This document shows, in pieces, positions 9,279 to 18,436 of a DNA stretch of 64,000 bases. Both the position numbers and the translations under genes were made by a program. The stretch's first letter is position 1, and every line of letters starts with the position of its first letter. The stretch comes from Desulfosudaceae bacterium (GTDB taxonomy: Bacteria > Desulfobacterota > Desulfobacteria > Desulfobacterales > Desulfosudaceae), in the NCBI GenBank assembly GCA_963674745.2, contig CAXXDV010000001.1, positions 2,016,001 through 2,080,000 on the forward strand. Direction: 5' to 3'. The notes beneath the pieces were generated by a model. That model made no database searches. It was not told where the DNA came from and worked only from the letters and a program-made list of their open reading frames with translations.

Positions 9279-10710
9279 ATGCCTTCCACCGCCGGGCGAC
9301 CATGTCTTTAATGTCGGTCGACATGGTGATTTCTTCCGGCCAGATCCGGCCCATGCCTTCTTCGGTTGTCTTGCGGGTGGCGTCCAGCCCCATCTTTCCC
9401 CCGAAGTTGGGGTACGGCGCGGAATGGTCCAGGGCGTCCAGGGGGCCTTCGGAAAAAAGGATGTCACGCCGGGGATCGACGTTGTTGAGCAGTTTCCAGA
9501 CTACCGTGGATGAATCCCGCAGATCGATGTCTCTGTCAAATACGATGATAAATTTGGTCGAGGCCATCTGGCCCAGGCCCCACAGGGCGTTGATCACCTT
9601 TTTTGCCTGGCCGGGATGTTTTTTATCAATGGAGACCAGAGCACAGTTGTGAAAAACGCCTTCAAAGGGCAGTTCCATGTCGACGATTTCCGGTACCACC
9701 ATTTTGAGCATGGGCAAAAACAGCCGTTCGGTGGCCTTGGCCATGTAGCAGTCCTCCATGGGCGGTTTGCCTACCACTGTGGCCGGATACACGGCGTCTT
9801 TGCGACAGGTGATGCAGGTCACATGAAAAACCGGGTACATGTCCGCCGGTGAATAAAAACCCGTGTGGTCGCCAAAGGGGCCTTCGATCCGTTCTTCTTC
9901 CGGATCCACGTAACCCTCGATCACAAAATCGGATTCCGCCGGTACATACAGGTCAACGGTTTTGCCTTTAACGATTTCAATGGCCCTGTTATTGACAAAC
10001 CCGGCCAGGATCATTTCGTCAATGTCCGGTGGCAGAGGCGCGGTGGCGGCATAGGTCACGGCCGGCGACCCGCCCAAAGCCACGGCCACGTCCATGCGTT
10101 TTTTCGCATTGCGGTAACGGTCATAATGCCGGGCGCCGTCTTTGTTATACTGCCAGTGCATGCCGGTGGTGGCCTGGTCATACTTGTGCATGCGGTACAT
10201 ACCCAGGTTCTGGCCGTTGCCGTCAGGGTCTTTGGTAATGACGATGGGCAGGGTGACAAACGGACCGCCGTCTTTGGGCCAGCAGGTCAGAATCGGCAGC
10301 AGGTCGAGCAGACCGCTGTCCGGCCCGTGAACCACTTCCTGGCAGGGTGCTGATTTGACTTTTTTAGGAAAGATATCGGCCAGTTCTTTTAACGTAAACA
10401 ACGTCTTGATCTTTCCGGCAATTCCTTCCGGCGGTTTTGTCTTCAAATACGTTTCAATCCTGGCCGCCACTTCATCCACCGGCCGGTTGTCAAACACCAT
10501 CTCCATTCGGCCCATGCTGCCAAAGGCATTGACCAGCACCGGGTAGTCCGATCCCTTCACCTTTTCAAATAACACCGCCGGCCCGTGTTCCTTGGATACC
10601 CGGTCGGCAATCTCGGTGATTTCAAGCATCGGGTCCACCTCAACACCCACTCGTATCAGTTCGCCCCTTGCCTCCAGGGCCGCGATAAACTGTTTTAAGT
10701 TCTGCATCAT
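9268..10710 (-). CDS. ubiD: UbiD-family menaquinone biosynthesis decarboxylase (MqnL-like)
   Basis: WPKDGGPF, NLGMYR, EGPFGDHTGFY, GKPPMED and LDHS motifs; probable start MMQNL at 10710. Confidence 0.92.
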   Translation of the reverse strand: MMQNLKQFIAALEARGELIRVGVEVDPMLEITEIADRVSKEHGPAVLFEKVKGSDYPVLVNAFGSMGRMEMVFDNRPVDEVAARIETYLKTKPPEGIAGKIKTLFTLKELADIFPKKVKSAPCQEVVHGPDSGLLDLLPILTCWPKDGGPFVTLPIVITKDPDGNGQNLGMYRMHKYDQATTGMHWQYNKDGARHYDRYRNAKKRMDVAVALGGSPAVTYAATAPLPPDIDEMILAGFVNNRAIEIVKGKTVDLYVPAESDFVIEGYVDPEEERIEGPFGDHTGFYSPADMYPVFHVTCITCRKDAVYPATVVGKPPMEDCYMAKATERLFLPMLKMVVPEIVDMELPFEGVFHNCALVSIDKKHPGQAKKVINALWGLGQMASTKFIIVFDRDIDLRDSSTVVWKLLNNVDPRRDILFSEGPLDALDHSAPYPNFGGKMGLDATRKTTEEGMGRIWPEEITMSTDIKDMVARRWKAYGF

Positions 10711-10776
10711 GGCCGGTTCCTTACGGTGTGTATCCCTTTGAGATTGTTCTGTATTCTTGATAAAATTAAAAAATTT

Positions 10777-10805
10777 ATTGTACGTGGACGGGCGCCCGAT
10801 GTCAA
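10777..10805 (-). promoter_or_regulatory. sigma70-type promoter of the mqn operon
   Basis: TTGACA-N17-TACAAT on the minus strand upstream of ubiD. Confidence 0.7.
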
Positions 10806-10961
10806 GGTAATAACAGGCCCTCAAGGCGGGCCGGGACCCGGTAAAAATCAATATTGGGTCGACAAGCGATACTTTCTTAATATAATCTGTAATTTCAGTA
10901 TCTGAACTGCCCGGGTAAAGAAAATCTGAGGGGCGGGGATAACTTCAAAGGGGGCGATCCA

Positions 10962-12155
10962 ATGAACGAACGATCCTATATCAATGCCTTTGATCCGGAA
11001 GAAAAAAGCGGGACGTTGTGTGCAAAATGCGGGTTGTGTCTGCAGAAATGTCCGGTCATGGGTATGGACCAGCAAGAGGCCAGGGCCGAACATGCCCGGC
11101 TGCGAAACGGAGAAGCACCCTTGCGGGTGCTGCAGGAGTGCACCTTTTGTTACAACTGCAACCGGATTTGTCCTCATGATATGAATCCCCTGGCCCTGAT
11201 CATGGAACGGGTGGCCGAAAGCATCGAGGAAACCGGCACCGGAGTGCCGGAATATCTGCGCTACCTGTTTACCGGCCATGGGGATACCTCGGTATTTGAG
11301 GATGTATACCGGACGCTGCCGGAAGCCGAACAGGCCCTTCTTGACCAGTGGGCCGTTGCCCCGGAAGAATGCGAAGAGGTGCTTTTTGTCGGGTGCATCG
11401 GCCGGGAACTTCCCGGCACCATCGCACAGAGCGCGGCCCTGGGATCACTGCCCAAGTATGCCCCGCGTCAGGCCTGCTGCGGCGAGCTGCCCTTCCGGCT
11501 GGGGGATTTCGCGGCCTTTACGCAGACGGTGGAACGCACCACCGCCCTGCTGGATAACCTGCGGACCCGGCGCCTGGTCTGCTATTGCGGTTCCTGTTCC
11601 CATTCTTTTAACAATATCTGGCGGGAGTACCTGGATGCCAAACCCCCCTTTGAAATCATCACGGTCTGGGAGTGGCTCTGGGAAAAGGTGCAGGCCGGCG
11701 AACTGCCCGTGCAGCGGCGGATCGACAAAACCGTCACGCTGACCGATTCCTGCTACGGCAGTGAGCTGGGCGACGGGTTTTTCGAGGCGGTCCGGGGCCT
11801 GCACCGGGCGGTGGGCATGGAGATCGTGGAATTGGCCGGCAACCGTAATGACAACCTCTGCTGCGGCATGCCCAGCATCATTCATAACAATTTTGATGTC
11901 TTTGAGCCGGCCCGGGTGGCGGAAAAGAAGCTGGCCCAAATAGTTGCCACCGGCGCGGACCGTTTGTACTGCTATTGTCCGGGATGCTTCATGCAACTGG
12001 GGGGGGCGGCCAAAAGGTCCGGGGTAACCACCCATTACGGCTTGGAAGAGATCCTCTGGGCCCTGGGCGACGAGATCCCCATACCGCTCAAAGAAAGGAC
12101 CCGGGTGCAGGGCAGGTTGTTCATCAACAAGCTCCAGGCGTGTTTGTCGGTCTGA
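10962..12155 (+). CDS. Fe-S oxidoreductase with two CCG domains (HdrD/GlpC-like)
   Basis: Two CxxCxxCxxxCP motifs plus ACCG and LCCG motifs. Confidence 0.85.
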   Translation: MNERSYINAFDPEEKSGTLCAKCGLCLQKCPVMGMDQQEARAEHARLRNGEAPLRVLQECTFCYNCNRICPHDMNPLALIMERVAESIEETGTGVPEYLRYLFTGHGDTSVFEDVYRTLPEAEQALLDQWAVAPEECEEVLFVGCIGRELPGTIAQSAALGSLPKYAPRQACCGELPFRLGDFAAFTQTVERTTALLDNLRTRRLVCYCGSCSHSFNNIWREYLDAKPPFEIITVWEWLWEKVQAGELPVQRRIDKTVTLTDSCYGSELGDGFFEAVRGLHRAVGMEIVELAGNRNDNLCCGMPSIIHNNFDVFEPARVAEKKLAQIVATGADRLYCYCPGCFMQLGGAAKRSGVTTHYGLEEILWALGDEIPIPLKERTRVQGRLFINKLQACLSV

Positions 12156-12424
12156 TTTTTCGGCATCCATAAAAAACGGACCGTTTCCCTGGATCATCCG
12201 GTCAAACCTGGTCAATCGGGTGGCGAGCGCTTTGCGGCCGGCAACGGATACCCGCGCCATGCGCATGTTCGGTACCTTTCTGAACGACAACAGCCCGGGC
12301 AATGCCGGTATCAGGCGGCCCTGCAACTGTCGGGTCCCCTCTTGAGACTTTCACCCGGCAAGCCGGTTTATGAAGATGTTCATGCCGCCACCGGTGAAGC
12401 TGCCCCATGCCGGGGGCGAAAGAT

Positions 12425-13180
12425 TTATTCGTCGTCGTTCTGTTTAATCGTGATCAGCGTTGTATTGTCCAGATACTTGTACTTTTGAGACCTTAATTTG
12501 ACAATACGAATCATTTCCTGGCTCATTTCTTCGGCGGAAAGATCAAGGCTGGCGATTTTGCTGACATGATCGTTTTTCATGTAACACCAGAGCCCGTCTG
12601 TGGCGGCGACCAGCGTGTATTGCCTGGGGAGCTTATAAATGCCGACATCCGGCTGTTCCGTAACACCGACCTTTTTCAGTGCCAGGTCGCCCAGGGCCCG
12701 GGATATGTTCATACCGAATTCACCGGAAAAGACACGGTTGCCTTTTATGGTCGCTCCGGAAGCCATCAATCGATCAAGTTCATCTTTGTTGGTAACGCGG
12801 TGGTCGGTTGTCAGCTGAATCTCTTTGTTTTCACTGATCAGCAACAAACGGCAGTCACCGGCATTGGCCACGATCAGGGTTCTTTCCTTGATTAAAAACG
12901 CCAGCGCCGTACTGCCGACATATAAATGCCGGCCTTCATAGGAGGCTGATTTAAACGCTTTTCTGAAGGCGTCTTTGATGTGGACGCCGTTACGGATGAG
13001 TTTTATCACCTCTTGGGGGATGATTTTTGATGCGTTTTCAGCCACTTCCGATCCATTGTGGCCATCATAAACCCCGCCGATAATAAGACCGTTGTTTTTG
13101 TTCTGACGTAAACTGTACCGGTCTTCCATATCGTTTCGGGTGCCGGAATCGGTTAATACATATGAATCAATCAGAGACAT
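12425..13180 (-). CDS. PP2C-family Ser/Thr protein phosphatase
   Basis: RNDMED, VYDGHNG, ANAGDCR, DH, SRALGD, ATDGLW and DNTT motifs. Confidence 0.9.
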   Translation of the reverse strand: MSLIDSYVLTDSGTRNDMEDRYSLRQNKNNGLIIGGVYDGHNGSEVAENASKIIPQEVIKLIRNGVHIKDAFRKAFKSASYEGRHLYVGSTALAFLIKERTLIVANAGDCRLLLISENKEIQLTTDHRVTNKDELDRLMASGATIKGNRVFSGEFGMNISRALGDLALKKVGVTEQPDVGIYKLPRQYTLVAATDGLWCYMKNDHVSKIASLDLSAEEMSQEMIRIVKLRSQKYKYLDNTTLITIKQNDDE

Positions 13181-13571
13181 ATTAACTATCAACTGCTTTA
13201 AAAATCAGTAGTGAAAAACGGGGTTTGACGTTTTAACCGTCAAGCCGGCCAGAACTACAGAAAAAACAGGCTCCTAATCTGGTTTGTGTTAGAGATTTCT
13301 ACTTATCTCTTATTAAAGAAAGCATACACCAATTTTGATCTTTTGGCCAGTCTTATATTAAACTGGTATCTCAATCGGTTACCAAAAATCGAAGTTTTAT
13401 GCCAGATAGTGCTCAGTAGATTGGCCTTTTTTCGCATTTTGTTTTTCTCGATCGATTCTGGATGGTATTCATTTGCCTCGTAATTCAGAAAACGGATTTT
13501 TTTTAAAAGGACAAATCAAAAAAGCGTTGTGCAGGGTTGCCTGCACATGGTCAAGTAGCGTACTGTATATC

Positions 13572-13721
13572 ATATGGGCACCTCTAAAAATTGCCTTTTG
13601 GCCCGAGGTCGGCGTTGTGCTCAAATTTTAATCATCGAAATACAACTCAGTATTCCTGCGGTTAAAATTTTCTCACGCCTTGACCTCGAACCAAAATTCT
13701 AATTTTTAGAGATACCCATAT
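13572..13721. repeat. 150-bp imperfect palindromic element (MITE/REP-like)
   Basis: ATATGGGCACCTCTAAAAATT ... AATTTTTAGAGATACCCATAT, with inner pairings CGAGGTC/GACCTCG and AAATTTTAA/TTAAAATTT. Confidence 0.8.
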
Positions 13722-13773
13722 ATCAGTTCGGATTCTAATTTATTTAAACAGATCATATTTTGGGGGGCGTAAG

Positions 13774-14364
13774 ATGAAAAAAATATTTTTCGCAGCAATG
13801 CTTTTCTTTTTTGCCCTGGTCGTATCCGGATCGGCATCGCAGATCAGCCGGATTACCTTGACGGAATTATATGAAAAAGCGGATCTGGTTGTCATGGCCG
13901 GCGTCACCGGGGTCAACAGAATCGCTGAACGGGACGAGGTGACCATAACGGTGGAAATGTTTCTCAAAGGCAACACACCGGAACGACAATATACCTTTAC
14001 GCTGGTTTCCCGGGGCAGGTTAAAGGATTTTGATCCGGCCCTGAAAAAAGGTGATACGGGTGTCTTCTTTTTGAAACAAAAGCGGAAAGGCGTTGAGAAA
14101 GCGTATTGGGGTAGTGTGGCGGTTTTTTCGAAAAATCATTTTGATCTCTCAAAAGGTGAGCCCATAGAGAAAGCTTCCGGTCCCCTGGCGGCCTGGCGGG
14201 ATTACCGTGTCAAGGTCGGGCAGGCGGGGAATATCTCCGAATATGAGCGGGGGTTTATGAAAGGATATAACGCACCGGAATTGATAGAAAAAGGAACACC
14301 TGATTTCAGGCTTGGGGTGTCGGACGGCAAGCTGGCCAGGAAGGGCCTCGTACCGTCCTGGTAG
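13774..14364 (+). CDS. hypothetical secreted protein
   Basis: Signal peptide MKKIFFAAMLFFFALVVSGSA; no family recognised with confidence. Confidence 0.7.
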   Translation: MKKIFFAAMLFFFALVVSGSASQISRITLTELYEKADLVVMAGVTGVNRIAERDEVTITVEMFLKGNTPERQYTFTLVSRGRLKDFDPALKKGDTGVFFLKQKRKGVEKAYWGSVAVFSKNHFDLSKGEPIEKASGPLAAWRDYRVKVGQAGNISEYERGFMKGYNAPELIEKGTPDFRLGVSDGKLARKGLVPSW

Positions 14365-14610
14365 AAGACGCTTTACGCCATGTTGGCGGCAGATGCCATC
14401 GGCCGAAAAAGGAAAACGGGGACAGGCGTTTAATTTCTAACCGGAGGCAATAAACGCGCGACGTTGCCTGTGAAATTATCGGCATATCCCCGTTGGAAAG
14501 GCTGACTGGATAACAGGATGATGGTTTGATAAAATTTTGGTTTTACCGTCTTGTTGAAGTTGTTGTTCGCTGTGACGCGAGGTCTTGCTGTTGATTGTTG
14601 TCAGGTCATC

Positions 14611-14811
14611 CTACCAATTACCGATACAGCCGTTCCTTTTTCCTGGTTTCCGCTTTCTGTAACTGTCGTGTGTGATTTTTGCCGCAGGGCAACCTTCCTT
14701 GCATTTATATTGAAATCTGGTTGTTAAGCAGGTTTCTGCCGGTTTGGCGAGTAGACCGCAAACGGGTTCAAAAGATATCGCTTCAGAAAACTGATCTGTT
14801 GTGTTCATCAT
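14611..14811 (-). CDS. small Cys-containing protein, YHS/TRASH-like
   Basis: GGAGG RBS; EPVCG...C...CKEGC resembles the DPVCG...CxxxC pattern; 66 aa. Confidence 0.5.
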   Translation of the reverse strand: MMNTTDQFSEAISFEPVCGLLAKPAETCLTTRFQYKCKEGCPAAKITHDSYRKRKPGKRNGCIGNW

Positions 14812-14821
14812 AACACCTCCC

Positions 14822-14950
14822 CTCAAAGGGAGGGAGCTGGGGAACCCTCCCTTTGAGTTTCCTGGTTAAGGTTGCGGCGTGTCAGTAATGTGTGCCCAAC
14901 CGGAGCAAAAAGACTTCATATTTTACTGAGGCACAGCATACTGACGCGCT
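14822..14950 (-). promoter_or_regulatory. structured 5' leader or sRNA with two hairpins
   Basis: On the plus strand CTCAAAGGGAGGG/CCCTCCCTTTGAG is a perfect 13-bp stem next to the RBS; GCGTGTCAGTAATGTGTGCC/GGCACAGCATACTGACGCGC is a long imperfect stem. Confidence 0.55.
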
Positions 14951-14963
14951 ATTTTTAAAATAA

Positions 14964-14979
14964 AGCATTTCGTATGCCA
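14964..14979 (-). promoter_or_regulatory. sigma54 (-24/-12) promoter
   Basis: Minus strand TGGCATACGAAATGCT has GG and GC at the canonical spacing, in an intergenic region. Confidence 0.65.
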
Positions 14980-15297
14980 AGATGCCGAATAATTTTTATA
15001 ACAATCTGATATATCCAGTTAATATTGTTTTAGTCGTCGGGCTCATCACTGAATTGTGATTGAGGGATCAGATCGATGGTGTGTAAAAAATATCCGCTTT
15101 TTGAGTATTTCGGTATGCCAGGCGGGTAAAAAGGTTACACCTTTTTGCGGGCATAACGGATATTTTAATCCTTGGCCGGGTTAAATTCAGCCCGTCAAAG
15201 GCCCTAATCATATTAAAAGGACATGGTGGACCAAATTATTGCAAATTGCCGGTATTTGTGGTCTTTATTTAACATAAAATCTAATTCAGAAAAGCCG

Positions 15298-15654
15298 ATG
15301 AATACAAAAACGAAAATCGCATTCGGTTGTTATTTTACGGCTATTTTCGCACAAGCCGCAGCCGGAGTTGTGTATTTATCACGCGACGCCTTCATGCCAT
15401 ACCACGCGGTCGCAGTGGGTATGTCATGGCAGGAAGTGCCGGCTTCGCTGCAGTTGCTTATCCTGACGGTGCCTTTTGTGCTGCTCACCAATTATGCCGC
15501 CATGTCTTATGCCATGGCGCTTGTTGACATGAATACACCGGCCGAACCGCCCTGGGCATTTGTCATTTGCGGTGTGTTCCTTACGGTTACCGCCTGTGTG
15601 TTGAGTTTTAAAAAGCGCAAGGCCTGGTTCCGTTCCAGTCTGAGATCAGAATGA
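15298..15654 (+). CDS. hypothetical membrane protein
   Basis: Hydrophobic ORF containing FMPYHAVAVG; start uncertain (15223 or 15298). Confidence 0.55.
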   Translation: MNTKTKIAFGCYFTAIFAQAAAGVVYLSRDAFMPYHAVAVGMSWQEVPASLQLLILTVPFVLLTNYAAMSYAMALVDMNTPAEPPWAFVICGVFLTVTACVLSFKKRKAWFRSSLRSE

Positions 15655-15701
15655 AAACGATGGCCTGATTGGAAATCGTTTCTTAAACAGAAAAGAGGCG
15701 G

Positions 15702-16178
15702 ATGATGTTTTTTCGAGCGTTGTTGGCGTTTGTGGCCCTGCCCGGACTGGCAGCTTTCGCGGCACCGCCGGTCATTGTGTTGTTTGACCCCTGGCGGGGG
15801 CGATTGTTTTCCCCCGGCCTGGTGATCATGGGGGCCGGCGTTATGGTTCTGTTCTGGTGTGTTCGTGATTTTTATGTTTCCGGAAGAGGTACCCTGGCGC
15901 CCTGGGACCCGCCCAAAAACATGGTTATCGTCGGGCTATACCGATATGTAAGAAATCCCATGTATGTCGGCGTTCTGTTGCTTGTTTCGGGTTGGGCGGT
16001 CTGGTTATCGTCATTTTTTCTGGCCGTTTATGCTATTATACTGGCAATCGGTTTTCATGTGCGGGTCGTAACACATGAAGAGCCCTGGCTGGCGTCACAG
16101 TTTGGTGAAAGCTGGGACGCTTACCAAAGGGCTGTTCCCCGCTGGATGCCGCTGATGAGACTTTTAAAACGGTCATAA
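15702..16178 (+). CDS. isoprenylcysteine carboxyl methyltransferase / PEMT-family membrane protein
   Basis: GLYRYVRNPMY, EE..L...FG and VPRW motifs. Confidence 0.85.
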   Translation: MMFFRALLAFVALPGLAAFAAPPVIVLFDPWRGRLFSPGLVIMGAGVMVLFWCVRDFYVSGRGTLAPWDPPKNMVIVGLYRYVRNPMYVGVLLLVSGWAVWLSSFFLAVYAIILAIGFHVRVVTHEEPWLASQFGESWDAYQRAVPRWMPLMRLLKRS

Positions 16179-16188
16179 GGTAATTTTA

Positions 16189-16464
16189 ATGGCGAATCGT
16201 TATAATATAAAATACGATGGAAAAACGCTGGCCCTGGCGCATGTATTACCCCATCCGCGGTACGCCGGCCAATGCATGGTTTCCGTTATTCCCCATCAGA
16301 AAAAAAACGAGTCGGGAGACGGTGCCGAAGGCATACAAATGCGTACCGCCCTTTATGGAAAATGTCCGGATACAAAACCGGACATTGAAGCGATTCTGGA
16401 ACTGATCGCCTCGGCCGGATTTGAACCGGAAAAAGTGGTATTAACGCCGATCGGACGGCGTTGA
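16189..16464 (+). CDS. hypothetical protein
   Basis: 91-aa ORF with AAGG RBS, in line with the upstream gene. Confidence 0.5.
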   Translation: MANRYNIKYDGKTLALAHVLPHPRYAGQCMVSVIPHQKKNESGDGAEGIQMRTALYGKCPDTKPDIEAILELIASAGFEPEKVVLTPIGRR

Positions 16465-16510
16465 CGTTTCGCTGACCGGGTATGTGCATTGCCCGGGCCG
16501 TGGAAGTTGA

Positions 16511-16527
16511 ACACCCCCCGGGGGTAT
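16511..16527. promoter_or_regulatory. CsoR/RcnR/CstR-family operator-like site
   Basis: ACACCCCCCGGGGGTAT, a C-tract/G-tract near-palindrome upstream of the DUF2892 gene. Confidence 0.5.
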
Positions 16528-16601
16528 CTGAAAAACAAATGGATGTTATTTTATAAACGACATGTTGGTCGCAAACAAAGAATGACAGAGGGCGCAAAAA
16601 C

Positions 16602-16799
16602 ATGAAAATGGAAGACTGGATCCGGGCCATTGCCGGCACATTCATTCTCTTGTCGCTGATTCTGGCACAAGTCCACAGTCCCTACTGGTTGCTGTTTACC
16701 GCTTTTGTCGGGCTCAACCTGTTGCAGTCCGCGTTCACCAAATGGTGCCTCATGGAGAAAATTCTGGCCAGGCTGGGTGTTCAACGAGGCGAGGGCTGA
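16602..16799 (+). CDS. DUF2892 (YgaP-like) small membrane protein
   Basis: RAIAG...FVGLNLLQSAFTKWC motif. Confidence 0.85.
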   Translation: MKMEDWIRAIAGTFILLSLILAQVHSPYWLLFTAFVGLNLLQSAFTKWCLMEKILARLGVQRGEG

Positions 16800-16800
16800 T

Positions 16801-17259
16801 TTGAACCAGCGACAGGTAATACCTGAAGCCGGCACGGGCCGGAACGGGACCGGCGCGGTGCCATACGCTGATGTGCTGCGTGGACTGGCCGCGTTGACGA
16901 TCGGAACAGGCGGCCTGATGCACGCCATTGGTTTGTATGGCGCTGTTCGTGACAATCAGCCGGTTTTCTGGTGGGTCTGGATTTTTTTCCTGTTTGCCAT
17001 TCCCGGGTATCTCTTCAGTGCCGTCGCGATGCTCAGCGATCGCCTTGCCGGTTATCTCATCGCGGCGTTGGCCCCACCCGTCGGCGGTTTGTTTATTCTC
17101 ATCGGGTTCATGTTTCCGGAAACCGAACTGCTGCGGTTGATCCCCGGCACCTATGGCCATGAAATCCGGTTGATCGGGTTTCTGACCCTGATCTGCGAAC
17201 CCATTGCGACCGTCCTGGCCGGCCAGTTACTCCTGGAAAAAATTCGCGGCCTGAAATAA
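16801..17259 (+). CDS. hypothetical membrane protein
   Basis: About four hydrophobic segments; start uncertain (TTG 16801 or GTG 16858). Confidence 0.5.
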   Translation: MNQRQVIPEAGTGRNGTGAVPYADVLRGLAALTIGTGGLMHAIGLYGAVRDNQPVFWWVWIFFLFAIPGYLFSAVAMLSDRLAGYLIAALAPPVGGLFILIGFMFPETELLRLIPGTYGHEIRLIGFLTLICEPIATVLAGQLLLEKIRGLK

Positions 17260-17389
17260 TACCGCTTCATTCCTTCGACAAACCCACCCCCGCAACAGTT
17301 TTGTTTTGCCATGCTGTCAGGCTGTTTATGGGTGACAAAAAGCCGAAAAAAAGCTATAATTTTTACTATCGTCTATGGGGGGTGTAGGG

Positions 17390-18406
17390 ATGGACAAGGC
17401 GTTTTTTTTCCAGCAGGGCAACGATCAGCAGGTTTTCTGCCATTTGTGCGCCCATGGCTGCCGGATCAAAGAAGGGAAAACCGGGATTTGCGGTGTCCGG
17501 AAAAATGTCGGCGGAATCCTTTATCCCCTTACCTATGGAAGAATTATTTCCGGCCACGTTGATCCCATAGAGAAAAAACCCTTTTTCCATATCTGCCCCG
17601 GTTCCCTGGCTTATTCAATCGCAACGGTCGGTTGCAACTTTCAATGTCTGAACTGCCAGAACTATCAGATATCCCAGTTCCCGGGGACAGGTCAACCCGT
17701 CCCAGGAAAGGATACAACACCCGAAGAAGTTGTCGAAAACACCATTCGCAGCGGATGTGCCTCTATTGCTTATACCTATACCGAACCCACGGTTTTTTTT
17801 GAGTTCAGTTATGATACAGCCCGGCTGGCCAAAGACAGGGGGCTTTACAATCTTTACGTGACCAACGGCTTTATGACGTCCGAGGCGGCCGTCCATCTCT
17901 CAGCCGTTCTGGACGGCGCCAACATTGATCTGAAAAGTTTTTCAGACGGTTTTTATCGTAAAGTGTGCAAAGCCAGGTTGGCGCCGGTTCTCAACACCAT
18001 CCGGTTGTTGAAGAAACATGGTGTGTGGGTTGAGGTCACGACCCTGATCATACCCGGGATGAACGATTCGGAAGACGAATTAAGGCAGATCGCCGGTTTT
18101 ATCAAAGCCACCGACCCCGGTATTCCCTGGCATGTCTCCGCTTTTTACCCGACTTACAAAATGATGGATGCTCCGCCGACACCACCGGAATCACTGATGC
18201 GGGCAAGGGATATCGGCCTTGATAGCGGGTTGCGGTATGTGTATACCGGTAATGTGAAAGTGGCTGATGCAGAAAACACCTTCTGCTACAAGTGCGGTCA
18301 GGCGGTTGTTAAGCGATCCCGGTACACGGTTTTGAGTAATCGTCTGAAAAACGGATGCTGCCCGGATTGCGGAACCGCGATAGACGGTATCTGGGATCGC
18401 AGCTAA
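17390..18406 (+). CDS. amrS: AmmeMemoRadiSam system radical SAM enzyme
   Basis: CHLCAHGC, DPIEKKP, GCNFQCLNCQNY, AYTYTEP and terminal CPDCG motifs. Confidence 0.9.
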   Translation: MDKAFFFQQGNDQQVFCHLCAHGCRIKEGKTGICGVRKNVGGILYPLTYGRIISGHVDPIEKKPFFHICPGSLAYSIATVGCNFQCLNCQNYQISQFPGTGQPVPGKDTTPEEVVENTIRSGCASIAYTYTEPTVFFEFSYDTARLAKDRGLYNLYVTNGFMTSEAAVHLSAVLDGANIDLKSFSDGFYRKVCKARLAPVLNTIRLLKKHGVWVEVTTLIIPGMNDSEDELRQIAGFIKATDPGIPWHVSAFYPTYKMMDAPPTPPESLMRARDIGLDSGLRYVYTGNVKVADAENTFCYKCGQAVVKRSRYTVLSNRLKNGCCPDCGTAIDGIWDRS

Positions 18407-18436
18407 AGCGGTTCTGCCTGAATCGGGCCCGATCGG

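Noticed and set aside
9279..9467. N-terminal extension of the UbiA ORF (and of UbiD to 10851)
   Set aside because: The UbiA extension overlaps the ubiD coding region and the UbiD extension overlaps the promoter; downstream ATGs fit family lengths better.
11445..12326. 293-aa minus-strand ORF, and similar long antisense ORFs (24847-25725, 30230-31075, 37622-38473, 57209-58045)
   Set aside because: Shadow frames of well-supported genes in GC-rich DNA, with no recognisable motifs.
13286..13483. 65-aa ORF in AT-rich intergenic DNA
   Set aside because: No clear RBS or motifs; probably promoter-region sequence.
14822..14950. Known riboswitch or tRNA
   Set aside because: I could not match consensus motifs of any class I know; kept only as an unassigned structured leader.
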